This document shows, piece by piece, positions 1 to 9,139 of a stretch of 64,000 nucleotides of DNA (position 1 is the stretch's first letter; each line of letters starts with the position of its first letter). The position numbers and the translations under genes are program-made. The stretch covers positions 41,512-105,511 of the forward strand of contig JBCCFW010000004.1 in the NCBI GenBank assembly GCA_039029535.1. The letters run 5' to 3'. The stretch is from Acidobacteriota bacterium. Lineage in GTDB: Bacteria > Acidobacteriota > JBCCFW01. The notes beneath the pieces are model-generated. The model made no database searches. It saw only the letters and a program-made list of their open reading frames with translations, and had not been told where the DNA came from.

Positions 1-397
1 TGCAGACGGCACGGAGCGCCGCCAGGCGCAGCGCCGGCAGGGGCTCGCCGAGGATGCGCACGCCCTGCGCTTCGAGCACGAAGCGATCCGGGGAGAAGTC
101 GACACGCACCTCGTCGACGGCGAAGCGATAGATCGCGGCGGTCGTCTCCCAGGCCGCATCCCACGCAGCCTCGGGGGCTTGCGACTCCGGCACGAGCAGG
201 CGGCGGGGTGTCGCGCCCGGGAGCTGAGCGACGTACTTGCGCAAGGTGGAGAGACGCGGCTGACGACCGGCCTCGATGGAGGAGATGGTCGCGACGCCGA
301 CCTTCATCCGCCGGGCGAGCTCGCGCTGGGACAGGCCGGCCGACTCTCGCAGCTCTTCGAGCAGGCGGCAGACCTCGTCCCGCGACGCCGATGCCAT
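1..397 (-). CDS. XRE-family helix-turn-helix transcriptional regulator, N-terminal part (gene runs off the window edge)
   Basis: Absent from ORF track because no stop codon lies within the window. A reverse-strand ATG at 395-397 gives MASASRDEVCRLLEELRESAGLSQRELARRMKVGVATISSIEAGRQPRLSTL..., a Cro/C1-type HTH. The frame is stop-free down to position 1. The start sits 1 nt after the TGA of the upstream acyltransferase gene. Confidence 0.55.
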   Translation of the reverse strand, partial: MASASRDEVCRLLEELRESAGLSQRELARRMKVGVATISSIEAGRQPRLSTLRKYVAQLPGATPRRLLVPESQAPEAAWDAAWETTAAIYRFAVDEVRVDFSPDRFVLEAQGVRILGEPLPALRLAALRAVC

Positions 398-398
398 C

Positions 399-1094
399 TC
401 AGCCTCCAGCCGCCAGGAGTCGTCGAGCTTCGTCGACCTGCTGATCGAGCGAGCCTTGGAGCAGGCCACGCACGTGCTCGAGCTCGTCCGCGTCGGCCCG
501 GAGCGGCACTTCGATCGGTTCGCCGATGGTGATCGCCACCCGACTGCCTGGCTTGGGGACGAGAAGACGATCCCAGGAGCGCAGCGTCCAGGCCGAGGTC
601 AGGGCGGCTCCCATGGGCAGGAGCGGGGCGCCGCTCACTTGAGCCAGCACCACGGCGCCGAGCTGGGCCTCGTGGGCCGGACCGCGGGGACCGTCCGGTG
701 CCAGGAAGACGGCCTGCCCGTCTTCCTTCAATCGACGTCGGAGCTTGGTGAGGGCCTGACGCCCGCCCCGCGAGGTCGAGCCACGGACAGAGTCGGCTCC
801 CCAGGACCTCAGCACGGACGAGCCCAGCTCGCCGTCGCGGGAAAGGCTCACGAGGAAGGTCGGTCGCACTCCTCGTTCACGGAGACGGGAGATGAGGAAG
901 GCCGACACCGGCAACACCCGTCGGTGCCAAGAGCAGGGGATGAACGACCGCTGGTCGTCGAGGAGCGCGGCGAGCGCCTCCTCACCGGACCGATGCGCCG
1001 GTCGTCGGCTGGTGCGCAGCAGCACGCGCGTCATCAGGGACGCGGGCCAGGCTGCACAGCGCATGGCGAGTCGTTCGAGCCGGGGACTCATCAC
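399..1094 (-). CDS. lysophospholipid acyltransferase family protein (DUF374/LPLAT-like)
   Basis: 231-aa ORF with GTG then ATG start (MMSPRLERL...). Composition and length fit small membrane-associated acyltransferases. It is the last enzyme of the fatty acyl-AMP ligase/ACP/acyltransferase operon. Confidence 0.5.
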   Translation of the reverse strand: MMSPRLERLAMRCAAWPASLMTRVLLRTSRRPAHRSGEEALAALLDDQRSFIPCSWHRRVLPVSAFLISRLRERGVRPTFLVSLSRDGELGSSVLRSWGADSVRGSTSRGGRQALTKLRRRLKEDGQAVFLAPDGPRGPAHEAQLGAVVLAQVSGAPLLPMGAALTSAWTLRSWDRLLVPKPGSRVAITIGEPIEVPLRADADELEHVRGLLQGSLDQQVDEARRLLAAGG

Positions 1095-1125
1095 CCCGAA
1101 TCATGACAGTTCTAGCCCGAACGGT

Positions 1126-1320
1126 TGATGAGTGTTCGTCGCGAGCGGCCGGAGACGCCAGCCGAGAAGGGTGAAACGTAGCGACGAGGCCCGCGGCTCA
1201 ATCCGGTGGGAACCGGGGAATGAGAGTCGGAAGCGCACTTGGCGGTGCGTTGAGGAGCCGAGGGGCGAAAGCACGCCCTTCGGAGGCAGCGGATCTGGTC
1301 GCGCAGCAGGAGACTCATCA
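1126..1320. repeat. copy A of a ~190-nt conserved element with closing inverted repeat (TGATGAGT...ACTCATCA); candidate structured RNA
   Basis: About 80% identical to 15203-15384. Conserved blocks include CCGAGAAGGG, GGCTCAATCCGGTGGGAACCG, GGAATGAGAG and GGTGCGTTGAGGA. Stems are conserved while loops differ (CGCAC-TTGGCG-GTGCG vs CGCAC-TTGATG-GTGCG; GGGCG-AAAGCA-CGCCC vs GGGCG-AGTA-CGCCC). The element lies in the intergenic space between the ACP and acyltransferase genes. Confidence 0.5.
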
Positions 1321-1334
1321 ACCGTCCGGGCCGC

Positions 1335-1580
1335 TCAAGGACTGGCGAGTCCGTCCACGAGGGCGAGCAGCGCGCCGACGGTCGCGATGTCGTCGTCCAG
1401 GTCCTCGGGCATCTCCAGCTCGAGCTCGTCCTCCAGCTCTGCGATGAGCTGCACGGACTTGAGCGAGTCGATCCCCAGGTCGGCGACCAGCTCGAGCTCG
1501 TCGGTGAGCTCGCTCTCGGCCCGACCGGTGAGTCGAGCGAGGGCAGCCAGGACGGCTGCGCGTGGCGTCGGGCTGCTCAC
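1335..1580 (-). CDS. acyl carrier protein
   Basis: 81-aa acidic protein with phosphopantetheine-attachment motif DLGIDSL. GTG start overlaps the upstream TGA (GTGA). Confidence 0.85.
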   Translation of the reverse strand: MSSPTPRAAVLAALARLTGRAESELTDELELVADLGIDSLKSVQLIAELEDELELEMPEDLDDDIATVGALLALVDGLASP

Positions 1581-3271
1581 GAAGACTCCTCCGAAGGCAG
1601 CTCGAAGCGGTCGAGCTGCTGCGCCAGGTAGAGACGACGGAGCTCCGCACGGCGGACCTTGCCGCTGCTCGTCTTGGGGACCTGACCCCGTCGGACGAAG
1701 ACCAGGTCCGCCAGCGGCAGGCCCAGGGCACGTCCGAGGCGACTGCGGACCTCGGAGTCGAGAGCGCGGAGCGCCGCGTCGTCGCGGCCGGAGACCTCCA
1801 TGACCAGCACGGGCTCCTCACCGGAGCCGTCGCGGGCGACGGCGAACGCGCCACAGCGCTCGCTGCCGCCACCGCCCGCGGCCTCGTCGGCGAGCCACTC
1901 GAGCTCGTGCGGCATGACATTGTGACCGCGGAGAACGAGGATCTCCTTGTGGCGACCCACCGGGTAGAGCTCGCCATCGTGGAGAAAGGCGAGGTCGCCG
2001 GTGTCGAGCCAGCCGTCGTCGAAGGACTCGTAGGTGCCGTTCGGATCGTCGTAGTAGCCGTCGCAGAGGCTGGGTGCCTTGACCCACAGCCGACCGACCT
2101 TGTCCTCGCCGAGCACCGTGCCGTCGGGTGCGCGGACTTCCAGCTCCGTGTCGGCCACCGGTCGACCATTGCAGGTGACCTCTTCGAGCTCCCAGCCCTC
2201 GGTGCTGCCTTCCGGCGGTCGTCGGAAGCGCGGCCCCTCGCCGCGGTCGTCGAAGGTCACCGCGAGGGTCGCCTCCGCCAGGCCATAGCAGGGACGTAGG
2301 CTCGAGGCGGAGAATCCGCAGGACTCGAAGCGTTCGAGGAAGCCACGGACCGTCTCGGGTCGGACCATCTCGGCGCCCACCAAGGCAGCCTTCCAGCCCG
2401 AGAGGTCGAGGCCGGTCAGCTCCTCGTCGCGCACGCGCTCGGCGCAGAGCTGGTAGGCGAAGTTGGGGGCCGGCGAGAGGCTGGGGGCGCCGGTGGCCAG
2501 GGCCTGCAGCCAGGCGCGGGGCCGTGCCAGGAAGGCTTCGGGCGCCATGAGCGTGAGGTCGAAGCCGCAGCGCAGTGAGAACAGCAGGCCGCCGACCAGG
2601 CCCATGTCGTGGTGCATGGGCAGCCAGGACACCATCCGCTCGAGCGACTCGGCCGCCGTCGAGCCCAGGGGCTGACCGATGGAGAGGTTCGAGGCATAGG
2701 TGTCGTGGAGGATCGCGCGGTGGCTGATGACCCCCGCGCGACGCTTCCCGGTGGAGCCGCTGGTGAGTTGGAGGAAGGCCGTCTGGTCAGGGTGGATGTC
2801 CGGCAGAGCACCGGTGACCGGCGTGAGCTCCTCCAGCTCTTCGGGAGTGACGACACGCTCGGCGATGGCCCTGTCGCCGCGCTCGGTCAGCTGCTCGCGC
2901 AGGTGAGTCGAGCCCACGATGACCCGGGGCGTGAGGGCCTCGGCCGCGTGGACGACTTGGGCCAGGGCCTGCTCCTTCCCCCCGAGCACGCCCGCCGGTG
3001 CGACGGCCGCGGGCCAGGCACCCCGGAGCACGGAGCCGAGCCAGCAGTCGAGGAGCGAGAAGCCCAGCGGCAGGCAGAGGAGGACGCGGTCCTCCGGCTG
3101 GACCCCGTGACGATGGAGACGGCCGGCCTGCGCCTCGGCGATCTCTCCCAGCTCACGCCAGCTCCGCGCTCCGATGCTGCGGCCGCGGCGGTCGAGGATC
3201 TCCAGGCCGCGGTCGGGGCGCGGAGGAGCGAGCAGCAGTTCCTTGAGGCTGAGGGGCGAGTCGGGTGTCAT
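1577..3271 (-). CDS. fatty acyl-AMP ligase / AMP-dependent synthetase (FAAL family)
   Basis: 564 aa with adenylate-forming core motifs (LTSGSTGKRRAGVISHR, YGLAEAT, SSGKVRR, GWLDTGDL). Encoded directly upstream of the ACP gene. Confidence 0.85.
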   Translation of the reverse strand: MTPDSPLSLKELLLAPPRPDRGLEILDRRGRSIGARSWRELGEIAEAQAGRLHRHGVQPEDRVLLCLPLGFSLLDCWLGSVLRGAWPAAVAPAGVLGGKEQALAQVVHAAEALTPRVIVGSTHLREQLTERGDRAIAERVVTPEELEELTPVTGALPDIHPDQTAFLQLTSGSTGKRRAGVISHRAILHDTYASNLSIGQPLGSTAAESLERMVSWLPMHHDMGLVGGLLFSLRCGFDLTLMAPEAFLARPRAWLQALATGAPSLSPAPNFAYQLCAERVRDEELTGLDLSGWKAALVGAEMVRPETVRGFLERFESCGFSASSLRPCYGLAEATLAVTFDDRGEGPRFRRPPEGSTEGWELEEVTCNGRPVADTELEVRAPDGTVLGEDKVGRLWVKAPSLCDGYYDDPNGTYESFDDGWLDTGDLAFLHDGELYPVGRHKEILVLRGHNVMPHELEWLADEAAGGGGSERCGAFAVARDGSGEEPVLVMEVSGRDDAALRALDSEVRSRLGRALGLPLADLVFVRRGQVPKTSSGKVRRAELRRLYLAQQLDRFELPSEESS

Positions 3272-3307
3272 GAGGTGGCGCAGTTTCGGCGGGCGCCACC
3301 GTCAGTG

Positions 3308-4396
3308 TCAACGACGTTGCGCGCCGCCGGGGCTCGGCGTACCGGCCGTGCCACCCCCGCCGGTCCACGGGTCGCCGTGACCGGGCTGGAGCACGGCGGC
3401 CGGTGGGGCGATGAGGTCGACGAAGTACGGGGGGAGGAGGAAGAGGCAACCCGTCGCCGTGTTCTGCACGGGGATCTCGCCGCTCTCGACGGGGGCGCCG
3501 ACGCGGATCTCGGCGGGGGCTCCCTCGCGGGGGTGGAGGCGGAGCCGGGCGATCGGCCGGTCCATTCCGAGCTCGCTGGCCTGGGTCGGGTCGACGGCCA
3601 CCGACCAGGGGATGCGGCCGATGAAGCGGGCGAAGGACTCGACTTGGCTACCGGTGTCCTGACGGTGGCTCCCGCGCTCGATCTTCCACGCGTGACCAGG
3701 GAGACCGGCCCTCAACTCCTGCGGCGTGCGCTCGAGGCTCACGCGGACCAAGGTGTGCGGCGATCCCGAGGCCGGCGCGACCTCGATGCGATCGACGCGT
3801 CCGCCGGGTCCGGGCCAGGACTGGGGGATGACGTGCGGATCGAGCAGCGGCAGCCGGCGCTCGCCCGCCGACAGAGGTGACCAGGGATCAGTGTCAATCG
3901 ACCAGATCTCGCGAGCGTCGACCGCGCGGACGTAGCCACCGGCACCGGGCGTCGGCTTGCCCAGCTCCATGGCGTGCAGGACGTCGCGCCCCGGGTCCTT
4001 CATCATGTTCGGGCCGTGGAAGCGCACGCGCCAGGTCCGGCCGAAGAAGCCGAAGTCAGCCGCACGGCGCGGGTCGGTGCTCCGCACGACGCCCTCACCG
4101 CCGAGCAAGGCGTTGACCAGGGCACCGCGAGCACCCTCGTCGACGATGACGCCGTGATAGCTCAGGCAGCGCCACTGAGCGCCGTCGTTGGCGTAGTAGA
4201 CCGTGCGTCCGTCGGGGGTCTCGACCGACAGTCCGGCCAAGGTCCAGCTCTCGCTCGTCTCCTTTGGAATGGGGTGGCCGATGGCCGACGCCGCCCGACT
4301 CTGCCGGGCGGAGCTCTGCAGCCGGGAGTGCCCTGCCACGAGGGCGACGATGACGAGGAGCAGGACGAGCCAGCTCTTCCAGGGCCAGGGCTTCAT
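3308..4396 (-). CDS. hypothetical exported or membrane-anchored protein (DUF4340-like, GldG-associated)
   Basis: N-terminal signal/TM segment MKPWPWKSWLVLLLVIVALVAG. ATGA overlap with the GldG-like gene. The position immediately after a GldG-like gene is typical of this family. Confidence 0.45.
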   Translation of the reverse strand: MKPWPWKSWLVLLLVIVALVAGHSRLQSSARQSRAASAIGHPIPKETSESWTLAGLSVETPDGRTVYYANDGAQWRCLSYHGVIVDEGARGALVNALLGGEGVVRSTDPRRAADFGFFGRTWRVRFHGPNMMKDPGRDVLHAMELGKPTPGAGGYVRAVDAREIWSIDTDPWSPLSAGERRLPLLDPHVIPQSWPGPGGRVDRIEVAPASGSPHTLVRVSLERTPQELRAGLPGHAWKIERGSHRQDTGSQVESFARFIGRIPWSVAVDPTQASELGMDRPIARLRLHPREGAPAEIRVGAPVESGEIPVQNTATGCLFLLPPYFVDLIAPPAAVLQPGHGDPWTGGGGTAGTPSPGGAQRR

Positions 4397-7300
4397 CGCA
4401 GCTCCGGGATGGGCCGAGCCAGGCCCAGGCGCCGCAGCACGGCGAGACCGATGAGAAGCACGGGCAGGGAGAGCAGGGCGGCGAGCCGCCAGCGGAGCCG
4501 CGCCCCGTCGTCGACGCTCTCGAAACCACGGCCGGCCGAACGTCGGGAGAGCACCTCGGCCAGGCCCTCGTCGAGGGTGAGGCTCGCGACCGCGTTGAGG
4601 AGGAGGTGGTCACCGCGGAAGCGGGGCGCGAGGCTGGGGAGCCGTTCGTCCTTGAACAGCTCCGAGCACGACAGCAGCAACAGCCGGCCGGGAGCCGCGC
4701 CGTCCGCGGGCTCTGAGCGCGGGTAGGGAGGAGTGACCATGACCGGCTCGCCACCGTCGGGCGGGGTCTCCGGCCGCGGACGCTCGAAGCCCTGCGTGGG
4801 CCAGGGGAACTGCCCCTCCACCAGCACGGCGAGGGGCACGGCGCCGACGCGCGTCGTCTCGCTCGGGCCCTCGAGGACCTCGCGAGGAATCCAGCCGCCC
4901 TCCCACTTGAAGGTCCAGGCGTCCTCGGAGGTGGTCATGAGCGTGCGGGCGGTCAGGCCCAGCTCGTCGAGACGCTCCTGGTCGAGTCGGAACCAGGCCG
5001 CGTTGGGGAAGGCCTGGTCGCCGAGGTGACGGGTGACGACCGAGTCCGTGTCGAAGTTCTCGGCCACCGCCCGCAGGTAGAACGGCTCGGCGAGATCCAT
5101 GGTGGTGAACTCGCGACGCTGCGTGCGGTGGACCTGGCTCTCGAGCTCGAGCCGGAACGACTGACGGTCGAAGAGCAGCTCGCGCACCATCTCGATGCCC
5201 AGGTCCGGGAGGTAGTGATGCTCGAGGTCGGGCCACTGCGGCTGGGGCCAGTAGACGAACTCGTAGTCGGTGCCGGCGTACTGCCGCGACTGCACGGAGA
5301 AGTGCTGCGCGGCGATGAGCACGTTCCCGCCGCGGTAGAGCGACTCGACCGCCGGCTCGAGCAACGGATGCACGTTGCGACGCGGCTGCAGCCAGCAGAG
5401 CAGGTCGTAGGAGCGCGGGAGCTGGGCCTTCTTGGGATCGACGTGCGTCACGCGGAAGCCGAGCTCCTCGAGACGTCGACGGGAGATGCTGAAGACGTCC
5501 TTGCCCGAGGGCGCGATGAGCCCCTTCTCCTGGTAGTAGTGGTAGGCCTCGGCGGGCGAGAGCCGGGGCAGGTCGGAGGCGAAGGCGACGTGGGGACGAC
5601 GGTCCTCCTTCAGACGCCAGAGCGCGAACGCCAGCTTGAACTCGAGGTCGTCGAAGGAGGCCTCGTCCGGGAACACCAGGCTCTCGGTGCGGCCGAAGGC
5701 GTGGAGTCGCAGCACCGACCAAGTCTTGCGAACGTGGGTCTGCTCCTCCTCACGGCTGCTCACGTGCAGCGGCTTCAGGCCGTCCTCAGCGAGAGCTTCG
5801 CGCTCCGCGTCGGTCAGCTCCTCGGGGCGTCGGGTGACGACGGTGAGGTCGGCGCCCGCCGCGTCGAGCTCGGCGAGGGTGCCCCGCACGCTGCGCCAGC
5901 CCCGTCGCAGCTCGGGTGGCAGGAGGGCCGGTGGCGAGACGAGCAGCTCGGCTTCGAGCGCGCCGTCGCCTCGGCAGCTCCACGCGAGCTCGCGGGTGCG
6001 CGGGGCGAGGCGGTTGAGGTCGGCGTCGGTGAGGTCGGCGCGGAGCCGCGGGCCGGCGAGGAGCCCGGCGACGAGGCAGGCGAGCACCAGGCCGCCGAGC
6101 AGGCGTCCGGCCAAGGCGGGCTCCCAGCGACGTCGCGGCGCGCCCGTGCTCCGACCGCGACGGAGATGCAGCCAGGTGAGCACCATGACGATGGCGGGAA
6201 GGAGGACGACGCAGGCGATGCGCCAGCCGAGCCGGCTGCCGGCGGAGAGGGCGGGCAGGGGCTCGGGTCGGTCGAGGCCGCTGCGAGCGACGACCAGGGC
6301 CTGGTCCGAGGCGAGCGTGTCGAGCAAGGCATCGAGGAGGTTGCGCGAGCTGCGCGCGGGACCGCCGAGGAGCTGATCGCCGAAGGGACCGCCGCTACTG
6401 AGCAGGATCACCGAGCCGGCGAGCGGGTCGGCGCGGCGGAGCCAGGTGACCAGCGGCTGCTTGGGGACCTCGTCCCCGTACATGTTGACGAGTCGCTCGA
6501 CCGGCCAGGTCCCGGGCTCGAGCGGGACCAGCGAGCTCTTCGCCGAGCTCGTCGCGAGGACGTCGGCGTGCAGGCCGGCGGCCGCCAGGGCGTCACCGTC
6601 CAGCGCGATGGGGACGGGCATTGGGAAGACCAGGGCACCCTGCATCTCGCGGGCGAGGGAGTGGAAGTCCTGGTCGATGGGCGAGCAGGTGATGAGGAAG
6701 GGCAGGTGCGTGTCGCGTCCCGAGACCTTCACGGGCGCAGGGGTCTGGTCGAAGACGAGGCCGGACTGCGGGCGGATGCCGAGGGGGACGAGGAGCCCCT
6801 CGAGCGCGTTGAGGTCGTCGTGGAGGAGCAGCGACGCCGTGCCGTCGTCCTCGCGCCAGCTCGCGCGGGGAGCCAGGCCGATGATGGCCCGGCCGCCACG
6901 ATCGAGGAAGCGCTCGAGCCGGGCGAGAAGGGCCGCGTCGGCGCCCGGCGCGTTCATCCAGACGAGGACGTCGACGTCGTCGGCGAGGGCATCGCCTCGG
7001 CCGAGCTGGATGCGTTGCACGTCACCTCGCTCGTCGAGGAGCTCGGCGAGCCGATCGTGACCGGGGCCCGCGTCGAGGGCGAAGACGGCGTCGCGCGGAG
7101 CGAGGAGCTGCTCGAGCTGAGCGGTGAGGAGATCCTGCAGCCGCGGGAGGTGCTCGGGTCCGACGGCGTCGAGCCGGGTGGGCTTGCGGGCGCCGAGCTC
7201 GAGGGTGAGCGTCGACCAGACCTCCGTCTCGCTGTAGGCGTCGCGGCTGACCTGCCGCATGCGGATGGGAGCGACGCGACGACGGGAGGCGTAGCGGGTG

Positions 7301-7632
7301 AGCTCGGGGGAGTCGTCGGGGTCGACGATGCGGTAGTCGACCTGGTCCGGGTTCTCGCGGCGGAGCGTCTCGAGCAGCCCGGCAACCTCACCCTCGAGCT
7401 GCTTGGCGTGGGACGGGAGCTTCTCGCGTGCGCTCACGTAGTAGGTGAAGAACACCGGCTCGGTGAGCGACTCGAGGAGGCGGCTGAGCTCGTCGGAGAC
7501 TTGGAGAAGACGCGTGCGTCCGAGCTCGACCCGACCACCGCTCCACGCACCGGTCGTGCGCTGGAGCCAGGCGGCCGCGGTCAGCGCGAGCAGCAGGCTG
7601 ACCGTCAAGACGAGGAGGCTGCGGGGCTTCAC
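4393..7632 (-). CDS. GldG-like ABC-transporter auxiliary (Gldg family) large periplasmic protein
   Basis: 1079 aa with N-terminal TM (MKPRSLLVLTVSLLLALTAAAWL) and an internal C-terminal TM. Translationally coupled (GTGA) to the ABC-2 permease and ATPase genes. Confidence 0.55.
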   Translation of the reverse strand: MKPRSLLVLTVSLLLALTAAAWLQRTTGAWSGGRVELGRTRLLQVSDELSRLLESLTEPVFFTYYVSAREKLPSHAKQLEGEVAGLLETLRRENPDQVDYRIVDPDDSPELTRYASRRRVAPIRMRQVSRDAYSETEVWSTLTLELGARKPTRLDAVGPEHLPRLQDLLTAQLEQLLAPRDAVFALDAGPGHDRLAELLDERGDVQRIQLGRGDALADDVDVLVWMNAPGADAALLARLERFLDRGGRAIIGLAPRASWREDDGTASLLLHDDLNALEGLLVPLGIRPQSGLVFDQTPAPVKVSGRDTHLPFLITCSPIDQDFHSLAREMQGALVFPMPVPIALDGDALAAAGLHADVLATSSAKSSLVPLEPGTWPVERLVNMYGDEVPKQPLVTWLRRADPLAGSVILLSSGGPFGDQLLGGPARSSRNLLDALLDTLASDQALVVARSGLDRPEPLPALSAGSRLGWRIACVVLLPAIVMVLTWLHLRRGRSTGAPRRRWEPALAGRLLGGLVLACLVAGLLAGPRLRADLTDADLNRLAPRTRELAWSCRGDGALEAELLVSPPALLPPELRRGWRSVRGTLAELDAAGADLTVVTRRPEELTDAEREALAEDGLKPLHVSSREEEQTHVRKTWSVLRLHAFGRTESLVFPDEASFDDLEFKLAFALWRLKEDRRPHVAFASDLPRLSPAEAYHYYQEKGLIAPSGKDVFSISRRRLEELGFRVTHVDPKKAQLPRSYDLLCWLQPRRNVHPLLEPAVESLYRGGNVLIAAQHFSVQSRQYAGTDYEFVYWPQPQWPDLEHHYLPDLGIEMVRELLFDRQSFRLELESQVHRTQRREFTTMDLAEPFYLRAVAENFDTDSVVTRHLGDQAFPNAAWFRLDQERLDELGLTARTLMTTSEDAWTFKWEGGWIPREVLEGPSETTRVGAVPLAVLVEGQFPWPTQGFERPRPETPPDGGEPVMVTPPYPRSEPADGAAPGRLLLLSCSELFKDERLPSLAPRFRGDHLLLNAVASLTLDEGLAEVLSRRSAGRGFESVDDGARLRWRLAALLSLPVLLIGLAVLRRLGLARPIPELR

Positions 7633-8390
7633 TCGCGGTTCCAGTCCAGGGCCAGCGCGCAGGCCCAGAGGAAGGCTGCCGCCACGCCGAGGTAGTAGCA
7701 GAGACCGGAGAGGCTCACGATGCCGCGGCTGAAGGCGGCGTGATGCGGGGCGATGGAGACCCAGTCGTGAAGCAAGGTTCCCAGCGACAATGACGGCGCC
7801 ATCCCGTCGAGGACGGGCACGACCCTCTCGTTGCCGGCGAGCACGAAGAGGAAGGAGAGCACCGCGGCGCTCACGAACGAGACGATCTGGTCGGCGGTGA
7901 GGGCAGAGACGAAGGAGCCGAGGCCGAGCAGCATGGCGCCGAGCAGGAAGGAGCCCAGGTAGCCGGCGGCGATGCGACCGAGGTCGGGGTCACCGAGCAC
8001 GATGAGCATGACCACGATCGGCAGGGTGCCGAGGAGCATGACCGCGAGCAGCACGAGCCCGGCGAGGAACTTGCCGAGCACCGCTTCGACCGAGCGAATG
8101 GGGAGGGTCAGCAGCAGCTCGATGCTGCGGACGCGTCGCTCCTCGGACCAGGAGCGCATGCTGATGGCGGGCACGAAGAGCGGGAGCAGGAGGGGGAGCA
8201 GCTCGAAGAAGCCGCTCATGTCGACGAGCCCGGTGAGGAAGAACTCGTTCATGAAGATCGAGCTGGCGAGCACGACGAAGGCGATGCCGCAGACGTGGAC
8301 GATCTTCGAGTCGAAGATGGCGGCGACCTCCCGCTCGGCGACGAGCAGGACGGGACGCCAGGACGGCAGGTGGTCGGCCAGGCTGCTCAT
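7629..8390 (-). CDS. ABC-2 type transporter permease
   Basis: Polytopic membrane protein with six hydrophobic helices. Start taken at the internal ATG at 8390 (MSSLADHLPSW...), which overlaps the ATPase TGA (ATGA). The longer ORF-track N-terminus is a low-complexity Arg/Pro artefact. Confidence 0.7.
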   Translation of the reverse strand: MSSLADHLPSWRPVLLVAEREVAAIFDSKIVHVCGIAFVVLASSIFMNEFFLTGLVDMSGFFELLPLLLPLFVPAISMRSWSEERRVRSIELLLTLPIRSVEAVLGKFLAGLVLLAVMLLGTLPIVVMLIVLGDPDLGRIAAGYLGSFLLGAMLLGLGSFVSALTADQIVSFVSAAVLSFLFVLAGNERVVPVLDGMAPSLSLGTLLHDWVSIAPHHAAFSRGIVSLSGLCYYLGVAAAFLWACALALDWNRE

Positions 8391-9139
8391 GCCTTCGCTC
8401 CTTCGCCGGCCGTGGCGGTCTTGCGACCGGCCTGCACGATGTCGAGCAGCACGCGCTCGAGGTCCTGGTCGCCGGCCTCCTTGCGGAGCTCGTCGACGGG
8501 GGTGTCGGCGAGGAGTTGGCCCTCGTTGATGACGAGGAGTCGGTCGGAGACCGCGACGACCTCGGCGAGAATGTGGCTGGAGAAGAGGATGGCCCGGTCC
8601 TCGCGGAGGTCGCGGAGGAAGTCGCGGAAGGCGACGACCTGGACGGGGTCGAGCCCGTGGGTCGGCTCGTCGAGGAGGAGCACGGGCGGGTCGTGGATGA
8701 GGGCAGCCGCCACGCCGATGCGCTGGCGATAGCCCTTCGAGCACTCCCGGCACCACTTCGCGAGGACGGCCTTCAGGTCACAGGCGTCGATGCACCACTC
8801 GAGCCGCTCCTGGAGCCGGTCGCCGGAGAGGCCGCGCATCCGCCCCATGAAGCGGAGGAAGCGGTCGACCTTCATCCCCTCGTAGAGGGCGGAGTGCTCG
8901 GGCAGGTAGCCGAGGAGCCGACGGACGGCGAGAGGCTCGCGGACGACGTCGTGACCGTCGATGGCGATTCGGCCCGCCGTGGGGAGGAGCCAGGTCACCA
9001 TCATCTTCAGGAGGGTGGACTTCCCGGCGCCGTTGGGGCCGAGGAAGCCGACGATCTCGCCCGGGTCCATCCGGAAGGAGACCTGGTCGACGGCCTTCAC
9101 CGGACCGAAGTGCTTGCTGACCTCAGAGACCTCAATCAT
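8387..9139 (-). CDS. ABC transporter ATP-binding protein
   Basis: Walker A GPNGAGKST, ABC signature LSKGYRQR and Walker B LLLDEPT. Confidence 0.9.
   Translation of the reverse strand: MIEVSEVSKHFGPVKAVDQVSFRMDPGEIVGFLGPNGAGKSTLLKMMVTWLLPTAGRIAIDGHDVVREPLAVRRLLGYLPEHSALYEGMKVDRFLRFMGRMRGLSGDRLQERLEWCIDACDLKAVLAKWCRECSKGYRQRIGVAAALIHDPPVLLLDEPTHGLDPVQVVAFRDFLRDLREDRAILFSSHILAEVVAVSDRLLVINEGQLLADTPVDELRKEAGDQDLERVLLDIVQAGRKTATAGEGAKA

Noticed and set aside
1126-1320. Hammerhead ribozyme or known riboswitch identity for the repeated element
   Set aside because: The minus-strand copy contains UGAUGAGUC reminiscent of a hammerhead core. However, the sequence that would form helix II is not complementary and no GAAAC partner is correctly placed. 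By-eye comparison to cobalamin, SAM-I, ZTP, glycine and ydaO consensus sequences found no convincing match. The family remains unassigned.
1112-1321. Small ORFs 1112..1321 and 15203..15427 (69/74 aa) inside the repeated element
   Set aside because: Arg/Cys/Ser-rich translations with numerous non-conservative differences between copies. The DNA differences instead preserve inverted-repeat stems, favouring an RNA/DNA element over a peptide.
5026-7695. 889-aa plus-strand ORF opposite the GldG-like gene
   Set aside because: Antisense artefact of a high-GC gene. Translation is low-complexity E/G/R/A-rich, with no motifs and no plausible start context.
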